NCBI RefSeq assembly: GCF_006345805.1 | Contig: NC_043012.1 | Coordinates: 9,548,001-9,612,000 of the forward strand | Origin: Octopus sinensis | Lineage: Eukaryota | DNA length: 64,000 bases | Direction of reading: 5' to 3' | Shown: piece after piece, positions 49,369 through 63,945 of the stretch | How positions within the stretch are numbered: position 1 is the first letter of the stretch | How the letters are laid out: every line of letters begins with the position of its first letter | Notes under the pieces: model-generated | Databases searched by the model: none | What the model was told of the DNA's origin: nothing | The model's input: only the letters and a program-made list of their open reading frames with translations | Program-made: the position numbers and the translations under genes

Positions 49369-51383
49369 TTTCAGATTTAAGATATGCATTTTTAAATGAA
49401 TAAACAATGATCAAAAGATATAGAAGAGACGAGAGGATGTGTCATTGCTGAATGTCATGCGTAGTATAAATCAGTCCAGATAAGTGGTAGTTTAGTTTGA
49501 CCATCGAATCTATGTCACTGTACATTTGCTACAATGTAGCTTCTGAACGCGGGGTCGGATGAAGCTGGTAGAAAGGCAGCGGCAGCCACTAACGGTGTTA
49601 GTGAGAGCTACACGCTTTAGACACATCAAATTGATCTGAGTCACACGGAAGACAGAGCTAGAGCTGATCCGCTCTATACTGCATCACAAGTGGAAGCTGT
49701 CATATCTGTGTGGATTTATCATCCTTGAATCGTACAAGTTTGTGCATCTCCGTCTGTAGTATCGATGACAAAAACTTTACCAAATCCTTTAAGTTTTTGT
49801 CGAGAAGTGAAGGGCTTAGGTCGTGCATCACGATCATTTGTTCGGATTTGTCCATAGCAGCATCACTGCTCTTCTGTTCAGTCCTTTCAACATTTAAAAT
49901 TCTACTCTACTGAGAGTTGTCATAAGCACTGGCCTAGATATCGGGAAAGAAATTAAAATTATCGGAATAAAATTCATTGGACAGGTCATCCCATCTGGGT
50001 TTTTTGCCATCGCACAGCCGCTTTATACGTGCGCTATCTTATCTACTTAAATATGTTCTTTGTTTCGTATTATGTCGGGTGTCTGTGTCATTGACTGTGA
50101 GTCAACCTCGTGCACTTTCCGAATATCACTTCAGCAAAGTGTCTTTGCAAAAATTGAACCAATGTGACCCGCTAAATATTGAGACGCATTTTAGTTTCAA
50201 TGGTATATCCCTACCATTTTCTTCCATAAAATGGTATTTATCACATTGTCTGCGGGATCACGTGTCTCAAAAGGAACAGGCTAGCCTCCGTTGTATCATA
50301 CTGAGGAATTACTCCATGTTTAACCCAAGACACATTCTGTGTGATAATTTGTCTATCTGACTTCCCATACTAATCGATTCATCAGCTCCTACTCGAAGCT
50401 GCTGTTCTATATAGTCTCATCTTGGCTCTAAAATTTGTTTTATTGGGACACGTCACTTGTTATCTATCATTGCATTCGTCAGTTTTTGTTTAACGAATTC
50501 GCTAATGTGGTTTTTGACACCTATTTCTATTGAGTTAATTGAATTTTGTTTCTAGTATCCAGGGCTCTGTTTATCTGTCTTGTACAAGTTGATCTACTAA
50601 TTTGTGCGCCGCCTGTGCAGCCTGCTGTACGAAACCATGAATAACAGATATTATCTATGCCGGTTAAAGCCAATGAAATCTCTACGCACGATTTAGGTAT
50701 CCTTAGTGGTTTATCGAAATCCTCATTCCTGTGATGTAGGAAATATGGGGATTACACATTAAAAATTTGGACACACTGAACAAATAATATTAATTGGAAA
50801 GCTTTTAGATAATATTGAAATCTAGTTTTCCAACCAGTGCCATGACATAGACGTTTACCAGTTTGAAAACTTTACCAGATTTATTGTTGTTCAAGTCTAG
50901 GTTCATCTACCTGCTATCTGAGTCGATTAAAGAAATCGGGATAAACCCATGGCCAGTCACATTTCAGATTAACACTATCAGACCGCATATTCTAGGTCGG
51001 CCGAAAGACGTGAAGAATCCTTAAGAAAGCAAGAGATTTCGCCTGGGAAATCCGGCTCCCATCAATAGCTACCATGATTAGATTTAGTAATTAAAGATGG
51101 CTCAGCAGTTACATCTGTTTCCACATCGGCCCCATATCACGTACGAAAGGAAAATTTGTATGGATATCTGTGGTGGTGGTCATGATGAGGGTAGCATGAC
51201 GGGAGCAGAGATGCTGACGAAGAGGACGACGTCGATGACGATGGTGGTGATATTTGTATATAGTTTATACTGGAGTGCATACACTGTATTGATGCCAGCT
51301 TTGACAACCTAACAATAAATGGGATTTCATTTATAAAATGCACTACTCCATCCCCTAATAGACGCACATATATACGCACACAC

Positions 51384-51425
<42 letters not shown>

Positions 51426-53050
51426 ATGCGTTTGTGTTGTGCGTGTGTATGCCACTCCACCGCATACGTTAGCTAGTTTACTTAGTATACTATTCAATAA
51501 TTTATTTATTTAATCTGGACATTTTCAACGTATTAAAGGAGGAAAACGATAGCTGAGTGATGATTTACAATACATAATTTATCACTCTTCAGAGATATTT
51601 AATCAATACCGGATACTTATTTATAGTTTGTGTGGGTTTTCGAGGCTTGTTTATGTTGTAGATACTTCATGCCACACGTTTACTACTCAAATAGTAATTA
51701 TTAGTACTGCTGTTGCAACTTTTATAATAGCTAGTACCGCCATCAAAACCACCAGCACCACCAACATCACCACCACCCCCAACACTACCACCGCCACCAA
51801 CACCAACACCATTCTATGATTGATAATCATTATGTCAACATGGAAGATATACCATGATCTCACTCTTCCCGCCAACATCCTGTAAACGAGATCTGACAGC
51901 ATAATTTGCAGAACGCATTATGTCTACGATCACAATGGTCGAGAGAACAAAAAAAGAATATTTTATGTCAACATTCTTAGGTGGAAGCATATTTATTTAA
52001 TGACCGAAAAATATAAAATATGAAGTTTAATGTCAGGCATGCGATAAAAGAAATTATATCAGTGTATATAATATAATGGTTTGCGACTTAACAAACAGAT
52101 TTGAAGAAACTAATTGTGGGTTTGCGTCGGTAGAAAATTTAGACAATGTTCTGAAGGTGGAGTAAGTTTGACTGCTACGTGTTGGAACAGGAAGCTGAGA
52201 TCTCGTAGCTGGCACGTTTCGCCTTAATTGGGGCATTTTAGTGAAGTACTGTGTTTTTCTCTTAAATTACAGAAGTGATAACTAGTGAGAATGCCAAGTC
52301 AACAGAATAAATAACACATTTGGTTTTGTAAAATGAGAGAAATACTAACGGAATAAATTGAAATCAGAAACCGAACTACTGATAATAATTATACTGTTGG
52401 AAAGGTGAAAACAAATTCTGGGACTAAACTTTAAAATAATAATTATATTCTTGAGAAAAAAAATGCTAATAATAAGCTGGAACTTTATCCTCCAGAAATC
52501 CTGAAAAAGTCGAAACGCGTCCGCAATTGCTTTTAATGTCTGATTAACATGCCACTGGCATCGTCCACAAGTCATTATTTGTCTGCGTTTAGTTTCTGTA
52601 GATACAAAGAATATTAGAAATAATTCAATCCTGTGAAAATCCGGAGATGTGTCAGTGTTGGCAATGAAACAAGCATTAGTCATTGTTAACTTGTATTTAC
52701 TGTGGCCGGTTTGATTTTGCAGCTGAATCTGGCAGGCTAAGGTCGAGAAGTTTAAAAAGTGGTTTGTAATTGAAGGTTGCAGTGTTATTGGTAGTGACGG
52801 TTTTAGTGTAAAATGGATATAATGGTGCTGTTTTAATGGAAATATTCATGTATAGTTAGTAGTAAGCGCCCTGGTGACGTTGCATTTCTTGTCAGCCGTG
52901 GTGTAGATGTTGCTTTGTTGGAGTTGGATTATCTCATGATGGTGGTAAATCTCTTGATGATGTGGTAGTGGATGTACTGATGTTCTCATCGATACACTGA
53001 AGGTGATAGGGTGTTGTTAGTAGTTAGAGCCAGTACTGGTGCTGTAGTAA

Positions 53051-53278
53051 AGGGCGCATGGCCCAGTGGTTAGAGCTTCGGCATCACAATCATGAGATAG
53101 TGAGTTCGATTCCCAGACCAGGTGGTGTGTTGCGTTTTAGAGCAAGACACTTTATTTCACGTTGCTGCAGTTCACTCAGCTGCAATGTCACTGGTGCCAT
53201 GGTGTATCGGCCCCTTTGGCTTTCCATTGGATAAAATTGATGGTACGGAGAAGGAAGGCTGGTATGCATGGACGACTG
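53051..53278 (+). mobile_element. tRNA-derived SINE (head C plus tail T3)
   Basis: GGGCGCATGGCCCAGTGG A-box, GAGTTCGATTCC B-box, GCAAGACACTTTATTTCACG and GTCACTGGTGCC. Confidence 0.85.
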
Positions 53279-53423
53279 CTATGTATGTCTACGTAATTAT
53301 CTGTGTGCATTTGCGGTCTTTGTAGGTGTATGTATATATTAGTGTGAATTTGTGTCTACGTAGGTTTATATGTGTATATGCATACATATATGTATATGTA
53401 CGTATATACTATATATATATATA

Positions 53424-54740
53424 TTTCTTTACTACCCACATGGGGCTAAACACAGAGATGACAATCAAGGACAGACAAACGGATTAAGTCGATTACATCG
53501 ACGCCAGTGCGTAATTGGTACTTATTTAATCGACCCCGAAAGGATGAAAGGCAAAGTCGACCTCGGCGGAATTTGAACTCAGAACGGTAGCGGCAGACGA
53601 AATACCACTAAGCATTTCGCCCGGCATGCTAACGTTTCTACCAGCTCGCCGCCTTGTATATATTTGTATATATTTAGTTATATGTATACGCGAGTGTACT
53701 AACACGTGTGTGTGTGTGTGTCAAACTTTGTACAGACGTCTGTATCTTGCTTTACGTACGAAAATATGCAATATGAAAATATGCTCGCCGCCTCCACCAC
53801 CACAACAATAATAATGATGTTAATGATGATGAAAGTGGTTGGTGGTCGCGATGATAATGATTCCTTTTTAATTTTGGCAAAAAAAAAGTAGTAATTTTTT
53901 ATGGGAGTAGCGCGTTTAGTACATCGACCCAGCAATTTGACTGGATAAAGTGAAAAGCTGACCTCAGCAGGATATGAACTCATAAACGTAAAGTGCCAGA
54001 GGAAATGCTGATAAGCATTTTGTCAGACGTGCTTACAATTCTGCCAGCTCGAAACCTTAATAATAATATTTATAATAATAATAAATGTTTCTACAATGGA
54101 TACAAGGCCTGAAATTTTGGGTGGGGGTTAAGTCGATTGCATCAACACCCAACTTGTACTTGATTTATCGAACCCGAAATGAAGAAGGGGTAAGTCGACC
54201 TTGGCGGAATTTGAACTCAGAACGTAGAGTTGGGAAACATTCTGCCAAGCATTTCGTCCAGCGTGGTAACGACTCAGCCAGCACGCCACCTTAATAATAA
54301 TAATAATAATAATTCTTTCTACACTAGGTAGAAGGCTTGAAATTTTGGGGAGGGGGTTAGTCGATTACATCGACCCCAATGCGTAACTGGTACTTATTTT
54401 ATCGACTCTGAAAGGATTATAAGCAAAGGCGACCCCGGCGGAATTTGAACTCATGACGTGAAGACAGATGAAATGATGTTAAACATTTCGTCCGGGTTGC
54501 TGACGATTTTGCCAGCTCAAAGCCTTAATAATAATGATAATCCTTATTACTATAGTCAGAACGCCCGAAATTGTGTGTGTGTACGCGTGTGTGTGTACGC
54601 GTGTGTGTGTATGCATGTGTGTGTGTGGTGTGTGTGTGTGTGGTGGGGAGCTAGTCGTTTACATCGACCCTGTTCTTTCACTGGTAGTTAATTTATCGAC
54701 TCCGAAAGGATGAAAGTCATAGTCGACCTCGGTGGAATCT
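53424..54740 (-). mobile_element. Cluster of five same-orientation SINE family A copies
   Basis: About 53424-53655, 53905-54058, 54095-54292, 54315-54525 and 54640-54740, with (TAA)n spacers at about 54059, 54293 and 54526. Confidence 0.85.
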
Positions 54741-55242
54741 GATATTATGAAAATGATCTTGGGAAAGCCAGCAAAGCTTCAGCAAATACACAGATAAATA
54801 AAATTGAAAAAATAAATAACGAACGTTTACTGTTCCGCTGACGGATCTTCCATTTCGATCTTAGAACAACATCACTCTCCTGTAGGTTTACAATTACGTA
54901 AGTCGTTAATTCAAATAACGGAGCTTAAATGAAATCTACTGCAATGGAGGTGGTGGAAATACATATTGAGAGGAACTGATGAAAAGACTCTTCTTGCTCG
55001 CTATATTTCTAATGTGATTTATTATTGCCAATGTCTTTAAACGTGTGGGGAAAAAAAAAGGAAAAAGGAAAGAACATTATAGGATCTCTTTTTCCCTTCT
55101 CGGTATTGGCAAGAATACGTTTATCGCTGAAATTTGGTGAGTAAAGTAGAATAAGTAAGGATATCTTTCACTAGGCTCCTTTAATACTCGCCTTTGGTTT
55201 TCCCACCAGAGTTACATAATTCTGTTCAATGAACGTTAACGT

Positions 55243-55328
55243 TACTACTACTACTACTACTACTACTACAACTGCTGCTACTACTACTACTACTACTACT
55301 ACTGCTGCTGCTGCTGTTACTGCTGCTG

Positions 55329-55360
<32 letters not shown>

Positions 55361-55492
55361 GCTGCTGCTGCTGTTACTGCTGCTGCTACTACTACTACTA
55401 CTACTACTGCTGCTGCTGTTACTGCTGCTGCTGCTACTATACTACTACTACTACTACTACTACTGCTGCTGCTGTTACTGCTGCTGCTGCTG

Positions 55493-55533
<41 letters not shown>

Positions 55534-55715
55534 GCTGCTAACTAGTACTACAACAGCTGCTGCTGCTACTACTACTACAACTGCTGCTGCTGCTACTACT
55601 ACTACAACTCCTGCTGCTGCTACTACTACTACTACTATAACTACTACTACTACTACTACACTACTACTACTACTACTACTACTATTGCTGCTGCTGCTGT
55701 TACCGCTGCTGCTAC
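55243..55715. repeat. Compound (ACT)n/(GCT)n tract with higher-order blocks
   Basis: Visible directly; the poly-T/A/L ORF 55229-55747 is its translation. Confidence 0.92.
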
Positions 55716-55764
55716 ATCACTTCTGTTTACGTAATAAAAAGTGTTAATATTATTTTGCAAAGTG

Positions 55765-56150
55765 AAGGCGGTTAGCGGTCAGAATGGTTAGCACGCCAGG
55801 CAAAATCTTAGTGGCATTTCGCCCATCTTTTGGCGTGGATGGAATAAGTACCAGGTGAGAACAGGGTTTGATGTAATCGATCTACTCATACCTCCAAATT
55901 GCGGGCCTTGTGTCAAAATTTGAAACAAATTCTTGCAAAGTCTAAAGCGGATTACTCGCAAAATTGTTAGCACGCCGGGCGAAACACTTGACGGCATTTC
56001 GTCCTTCTTTACGTTTTGAGTTCAAATTCCATCGAGGTTGACTTTCCCTTTGATCCTTTAAGTGTCGATAAAGCAAATACAAGTCGAGCACTGGGGTTCA
56101 TGTAAACCCCTTATCTTCTCCCCCTAAATCACTGGCCTTGAGCTAAAATT
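55765..56150 (+). mobile_element. Two tandem SINE family A copies
   Basis: Two successive TTAGCACGCC..GCATTTCG..GGCCTTG units. Confidence 0.75.
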
Positions 56151-56189
56151 TAAAACCGATATTTATAAAGTTTATGTTTAGCACGCCAG

Positions 56190-57170
<981 letters not shown>

Positions 57171-57695
57171 GTTTGTATGGAGGTGAGATTCCATACATAT
57201 TTGTGCGCTTTCTATATGTAATTACATGGTTGTGTGTGGTAGTGTGTTTTCTATGCGTAATTACATTTTAACTTCATAAATTACAGGTAATATTTCTAAC
57301 TCATTATCATTTGCAATTACTAATGAGAAAGCGCTTCACAAAGAATTACCAAAGTATCATTTATCTTGACTGTTCGGATATGTATAGAGAATTATACACA
57401 TTTTGCACCTAATTAATTTATTAATACAATCTTATTGATTACAAGGATTTCATTAATGGAAATATATTAATTGTTCTAAGTGCTGTAAATAACTTTTAAG
57501 TTTACCTGGTATGTAGGCTAATTTGTGGTGACTTCCATTCATATATTGGCAACAAAATTAATTTTAATAAATAAATTTAACATATTAAATGCAACTCTCT
57601 CTTCTGACATTTTTGATACAAGACACAAAAATCAAATAACGATAATGAAGATGAGGATTCTGATAATAATAATAACAATAATAATAACGATGATG

Positions 57696-57740
<45 letters not shown>

Positions 57741-57890
57741 TAATAATAATAATAATAATCAAATAAAAGACAACGCCTACGAAGTACTTCACTGCGCGTT
57801 CCCACATTGCTCCCTATTCCCCCCTATTATTGCGTTTCAATATTTGGCAGATTTCAGTGTTGTTTCTGCTATAAATTAAATATTGACACT

Positions 57891-57941
<51 letters not shown>

Positions 57942-58319
57942 ACACAAATATATATGTTATATATAAATAAATATATGCATACATATGTGTTGTATATATA
58001 TATATATTATATATATATATATATTATATATATATACACACATTTATATATGTATATATGAATTATGTGTGTATCAGAATTTCCTAAAGTCTTCTTTAAC
58101 ATAAAAGTTTAAGGAAATGAAAAGGTTTGACTGATAGAAAATTTAAATAATTTCGCTCTCTCATTCTTTATGGAACAGCAAAATATGTGCTTGTACACGG
58201 GCGTTCATAAACAGGTGTACTTACATGTATGTATATATGTATGTATATATGTATGTATTTATTTATGTATGTATGTATTTATTTACCTATGTATGTATGA
58301 ATGTATGTATATATATATA

Positions 58320-58384
<65 letters not shown>

Positions 58385-58386
58385 AA

Positions 58387-58431
<45 letters not shown>

Positions 58432-58735
58432 CATACATACACACACAAACACCTATATATGTAAACTAATGTAAATATGAAGAGTTTTGTCAAATTGGTT
58501 GCACAATAATAAGTATCTTCTAAGAAACTTTCTAATCATGTTTACATGTAGTACATGGCAAATCAAATGTAAAGAAATCAAAAGATTAATAACAGCAATA
58601 AAAAACAAGTAATTAATTACACTTTCAATTAATAAACGCATTCAAAATTAATGCGCTTAAAATAATAACTTAATTAAAGAGAGCACTCTAGTATGATATT
58701 AAATGAATATCAAATTAAGCAACTGCACCCATTCG

Positions 58736-58906
58736 CTATATTATTTACATCATTTATATTCGACGGATGTTTGTCCTCATCTTTTCTATTGTTAACACAA
58801 CGTTTCGGCTGATATACCCTCCACCCTTCTTCAGGTGTCTTGGGGAAATTTCGAACCTTGGCACTCATTCCTAGCGTATTTTTCGATGTTATTGTTATTA
58901 TCATTA

Positions 58907-59000
<94 letters not shown>

Positions 59001-59075
59001 ATTGTTCATGTCACTGCTTGGGATCGAACTCGGAATCTTAGTAGCCCGCCCTCTTAACCACTACGCCATATGCCC
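58736..59075 (-). mobile_element. tRNA-headed, hammerhead-containing SINE (left arm of inverted dimer)
   Basis: Minus strand: GGGCATATGGCGTAGTGG (A-box), GAGTTCGATCCC (B-box), (CAA/TAA)n, then a body containing a hammerhead motif. Confidence 0.85.
58795..58838 (-). ncRNA. Minimal type I hammerhead ribozyme, catalytic core intact
   Basis: ACAC-CTGAAGA-A-GGGTG(GAGGGTATAT)CAGCC-GAAAC-GTT-GTGT. Stem I is ACAC/GTGT, stem II pairs 4 of 5, stem III is palindromic ACGT, and the cleavage triplet is GUU. Confidence 0.72.
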
Positions 59076-59077
59076 AC

Positions 59078-59206
59078 GGGCATATGGCATAGTGGTTAAG
59101 TGCGCGGGCTACTAACCCCAAGATTCCGAGTTCGATTCCAAGCAGTGACCTGAACAATAACAATAATAATAACATCATCATCAACAACAACAGCAACAAC
59201 AACAAC

Positions 59207-59249
<43 letters not shown>

Positions 59250-59430
59250 TCGAAAAAATACCTTAGGAATGGGAACCCAGGCTCGAAATTTCCCCAAGAC
59301 ACCTTAAGAAGGCGGGAGGGTATATCAGCCGAAATGTTGTGTTAACAAACAAGATGAGGACAAATATCCGTCGAATGTATATAATGTAAATAATGTACAT
59401 AATTCCTCATCTCTTAAATATAGAACTGTA
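59078..59430 (+). mobile_element. tRNA-headed, hammerhead-containing SINE (right arm; ribozyme core mutated)
   Basis: TGGCATAGTGG A-box and GAGTTCGATTCC B-box (59128-59139). The motif at 59299-59342 reads CTTAAGA..GAAATGTT. 3' end ..AAATATAGAACTG. Confidence 0.85.
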
Positions 59431-59453
59431 CACCCATTCGGGATTATAACTCT

Positions 59454-59498
<45 letters not shown>

Positions 59499-60027
59499 TT
59501 GATATTGTTGCTTGCAATATTGTCGTGTTCCATCAGATGCAACCTTCTGCATCCGATACTCTGTAAGCATCGGATTTACATCGTTATGATGGTTTTGTTC
59601 CTTGCTTCTGGTCTTCTCAAAAGTTTCGTCTGTTGTTAAAATTACGCTCAATACGAATCGCGTTGTTTGATATCGCTATTTGATAACTGCTATAACTATT
59701 TTCTGTATAACGTAAGATTATTGCAATTGCAATGTGTTTCAATGTGGAGATGGATGTGTAAGCAAAGTGATGGGGAGGTCGTGCTGTGTTATAACACGTC
59801 GTATCTGTGTAATATGGGAGTTTTCTGATTGCTTGCTATTATATCATTGGGTATCGATTATGTAATACCATGTGGTGTGTTATTTTATTGTGTATTGATT
59901 ATATAATAGCATTTGTGGCATTATATTTTTGGTAACGATATCTTAGAGTATGTGTGAGTTATATTATTGGGAGATGATTCCATATGACATCGTAATGTAA
60001 CTCGGTTGGGGTGTATGTGTGTGTATG

Positions 60028-60097
<70 letters not shown>

Positions 60098-61161
60098 GTG
60101 TGTATGTAGTGAGGTATATCGATACATACATGCATTCACACACACACACACACACAGGCAAACATATATATGCATGTATGTGTGAGTGTGTGTATGTGTG
60201 CGTGCGCATGGTGAAGGTTATAAATACACAGACAGAAGTGAAATAGTTTTGTTGATAAATACAAATAAACAGGCAGATCAATACATTAGTATATTTACAG
60301 ATTTATATCGATACAGAATGGCAGAATCGATTCATCGAACAAAATCATCTCCAACTATTTCGTTACGTTCTATGTACCAAGAATTAAGCTGAGTTCCAAA
60401 CAGAATATTTTGAAGACACGATCCACTAAATTCCCTAGTAGAGGTTCCCCAGCATTTTTCACCTTTGTAATAAGCCAGCATTAAATATAGAGGTACTCAA
60501 GCAGTGTCTCTAAGTATCTATTTGCGCATTAGTATGTTTTTGAACTCCGTGGAGTGTTAGATTTTGAATATATAATTACCAGTCGCACTTTGAATTGAAA
60601 GTTAAATAAGATAACTGATTGGGAATAATAAATTTACAAAAACTAGGTAAAATCATAATGTACCTATATTTTGATAATCTTATATGCATATGAAACAGAT
60701 ACAAATAAAAATATTTTGCAACAGTTCAGGCATTAGCATGGATGTCCAAAATCTCCAATCATTGTTTAAGAATTTTCGTCGCATTTGGATTACAACCAAC
60801 AACACACGGATGTGCTACGTTAGACAATAGTGCCGCATGACGCCGATGTCCCATGTCATAGAATTTGACACATTATGATTAGACATTCACAAAAAATACG
60901 GTGTTATAGGAAGCAGCCCATCGTATTTTACGCTTCAGATGGTCGAAAAATAAACAAATTTAAAAAAAATAGATAGATAAAGCAAGTGGGTCCGTACTTG
61001 AAACCAATTTTCACGTTTAGTCAGAGAAGTAACTAACAATTGAAACTGCATTTCCTTATAAAATATGGCCGAGATGAAAGAAACTCATTATATTCTTATC
61101 AGCAAACAACTTTTGCATGCTGTTCATGAGAACTTGAGAACTATAGTTTGAGAAGTCGCAT

Positions 61162-61194
<33 letters not shown>

Positions 61195-61269
61195 ACACAC
61201 ACAAACACACACACACACACACACATACACACACACACACACGCGCGCAAAGATATAGATATAGTTATA

Positions 61270-61480
61270 GGCCGGAGAGTTGGCAGAATTGTTAGCGCGC
61301 CGGGCGAGATGCTTAGCGGTATTTCCGCTGCTGTTACATCCTGAATTCAGATTCCGCCGAGGTCGACTTAGCCTTTCATCCTTTCGGGGTCGATAAAATT
61401 AGTACCAGTTACGTGCTGGGGTCGAAGTAATCGACTCAATCTCTTCCCTCATATTTGAGGCCTTGTGCTTCCAGTAAAAA
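61270..61480 (+). mobile_element. SINE family A (short-tail variant)
   Basis: GAGTTGGCAGAATTGTTAGC..GCCTTTCATCCTTTCGGGGTCGA..GGCCTTGTGC. Confidence 0.88.
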
Positions 61481-61944
61481 AGTATTCATATATAAATTTA
61501 TATATATATATATATATATGATGCATATGTATATAAGTACATATACACAGATATAATGGAGATTATATATGTGTGTGTGCATATATACCGAGACACTCAT
61601 ACAAACAAACACACACATACGCACACACGCACACCCATATGAATCTACATCCATTTCCACATAATCTATATGCATATGTACCTGCCTCCATATATCTCCA
61701 AACCAACGAAACAATCACGCTTTACGTTCAACAGTCTGCTAAGAATCTACCGATTTATGATTTCCGTTTGAAAATGTGAGACAATTTCTAATTTAGTGGA
61801 AGCGCATCTTTGAACGGAACCAAGAATAACGCCTATGATGCAGCCAGGGATCACATTTCTACGCAATCTGCACATACACTTGTACACACACACACACACA
61901 CACACACATACACACACACAATCAAATAGCAAATATAAATGAAT

Positions 61945-61954
61945 GTATCTATCC

Positions 61955-62024
<70 letters not shown>

Positions 62025-62118
62025 AAATATATATATATATAAATACCTATCAATCTATCTACTCTCTGTGTGCCTCTCTATCTGTGTGCATGTCCGTCTG
62101 TCTATCTATCTTTCGATC

Positions 62119-62188
<70 letters not shown>

Positions 62189-62189
62189 G

Positions 62190-62269
<80 letters not shown>

Positions 62270-62270
62270 G
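61945..62270. repeat. Interrupted (TATC)n microsatellite
   Basis: Visible directly. Confidence 0.95.
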
Positions 62271-62434
62271 TCTGTACGTATGTAAGTATGCATGTATGTA
62301 TCTTTGTATGTATAAATACTGAAACTGTCAAGCATAAATGTACGAATATGGACATCCATCAAAGCTGAATACTTAATTGAAAATATATTTCTACTAACAA
62401 GTATTATGCATGGGGGTGCATGTATTCATATGCA

Positions 62435-62945
62435 TAGTGGCTGTGTGGTAAGTAGCTTGCTTACGAACCACATGGTTTCGGGTTCAGTCTCACTGCGCGT
62501 CACCTTCAGCAAATGTCTTCAACTATAGCCTCGGGCGGACCAAAGCCTTGTGAGTGTGGACTCGTTGACGGAAACTGAAAGAAGCCCGTCGTATATATGT
62601 ATATATATATATATATTATATATATATATATATACATATATATATGTGTGTGTGTTGTGTGGTGTGTGTGTTTGTGTTGTATGTGCATGTGTTGTGTGTG
62701 ATGTGTGTGTGTGTGGTATGTGATGGTGTGTCTGTGCTTCTCTCCCAACATTGCTTGACAACCGATGCTGGTGTGTTTACGTTTCCGTAACTTAGCGGTT
62801 CGACAAAAGGGACCGATAGAATAAGTACTAGGCTTACAAAGAATAAATCCTGGGGTCGATTTGCTCGACTAAAGGCGGTGCTCCGGCATGGCCCAGTCAA
62901 ATGACTGAAACAAGTAAAAGAGAAACGAGAAAAGAGTAAAGAGTA
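62435..62945 (+). mobile_element. SINE family B with expanded internal microsatellite
   Basis: Complete head-to-tail motif order. Confidence 0.9.
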
Positions 62946-62946
62946 T

Positions 62947-63014
<68 letters not shown>

Positions 63015-63544
63015 ACAGCCCTCCATTTATCTAACCGACTGTTTGTATGTATGTAAGTATGCATGTATGCACGGATTCGCTCCGCTACCTTCATACATAT
63101 ACGTGAGTATATAGACATCCATCAAAATGAATGCTTAATAGAAAATATGTTTCTACTGACGGGTTAGAGACATGTTTCAGACACGCGCAGACAAACTGTT
63201 CATAAATATATGTATACATGCGCGTTTCAGTGTGTATGTGTGTGTGTGTGCGGTGGGTGTCTTTTTCTGTATGAAACTGTATAAACTCGTGTGCGCGTGT
63301 GTGATGCCTAATACAAAAAGTGGCCTACGCTTCCATGGTTGAGCTCGAAGTTGTGTAGGAGTTTAATGCGAATAACCAATGGACAATGTTGTTGAGTGAT
63401 GCAGAGATAATGGAATTGTTTATTTGAGCAGTAACATTACGTATACAATTACCCAGTGTGCAATAAAACTCAAACACATGCTTGTTGTAAACGTAAACGC
63501 TCATGATCATCATCAGCCACCCTCATAGAGCACCTCACATACAT

Positions 63545-63735
63545 TCATATCTATGTATATATGATATATATATAATATATATATATATTATATATGTATA
63601 TATGTATAATATATATATGTATATTATATATATATATATATACACATCTATATATAATATATATATATGTATATATACATTATATATACATATATATATA
63701 TATATATGTATATGTATATGTATATATATATGTAC

Positions 63736-63784
<49 letters not shown>

Positions 63785-63866
63785 GTATATCTTATATATA
63801 TATATGCATATGTATATACATACATTTATATATATATATATGCATGTATATATATATATATATATG

Positions 63867-63911
<45 letters not shown>

Positions 63912-63945
63912 GGTATATATATATACCATCTAATATATATATAAT
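63545..63945. repeat. Interrupted (TA)n microsatellite
   Basis: Visible directly. Confidence 0.95.

Noticed and set aside
52495-52525. CTGAAAAAGTCGAAACGCGTC, a hammerhead-like string
   Set aside because: G8 is missing, there is no room for stem II, and stem I cannot pair.
53051-53125. tRNA-like A/B-box sequences (also at 32589, 59078 and in all SINE heads)
   Set aside because: No complete cloverleaf, and each continues into a SINE body, so these are not tRNA genes.
59325-59651. Minus-strand ORF with a protein-like start (ILTTDETFEKTRSKEQ..)
   Set aside because: It runs into (TAC)n and the SINE tail, and has no recognisable domain or reliable donor site.
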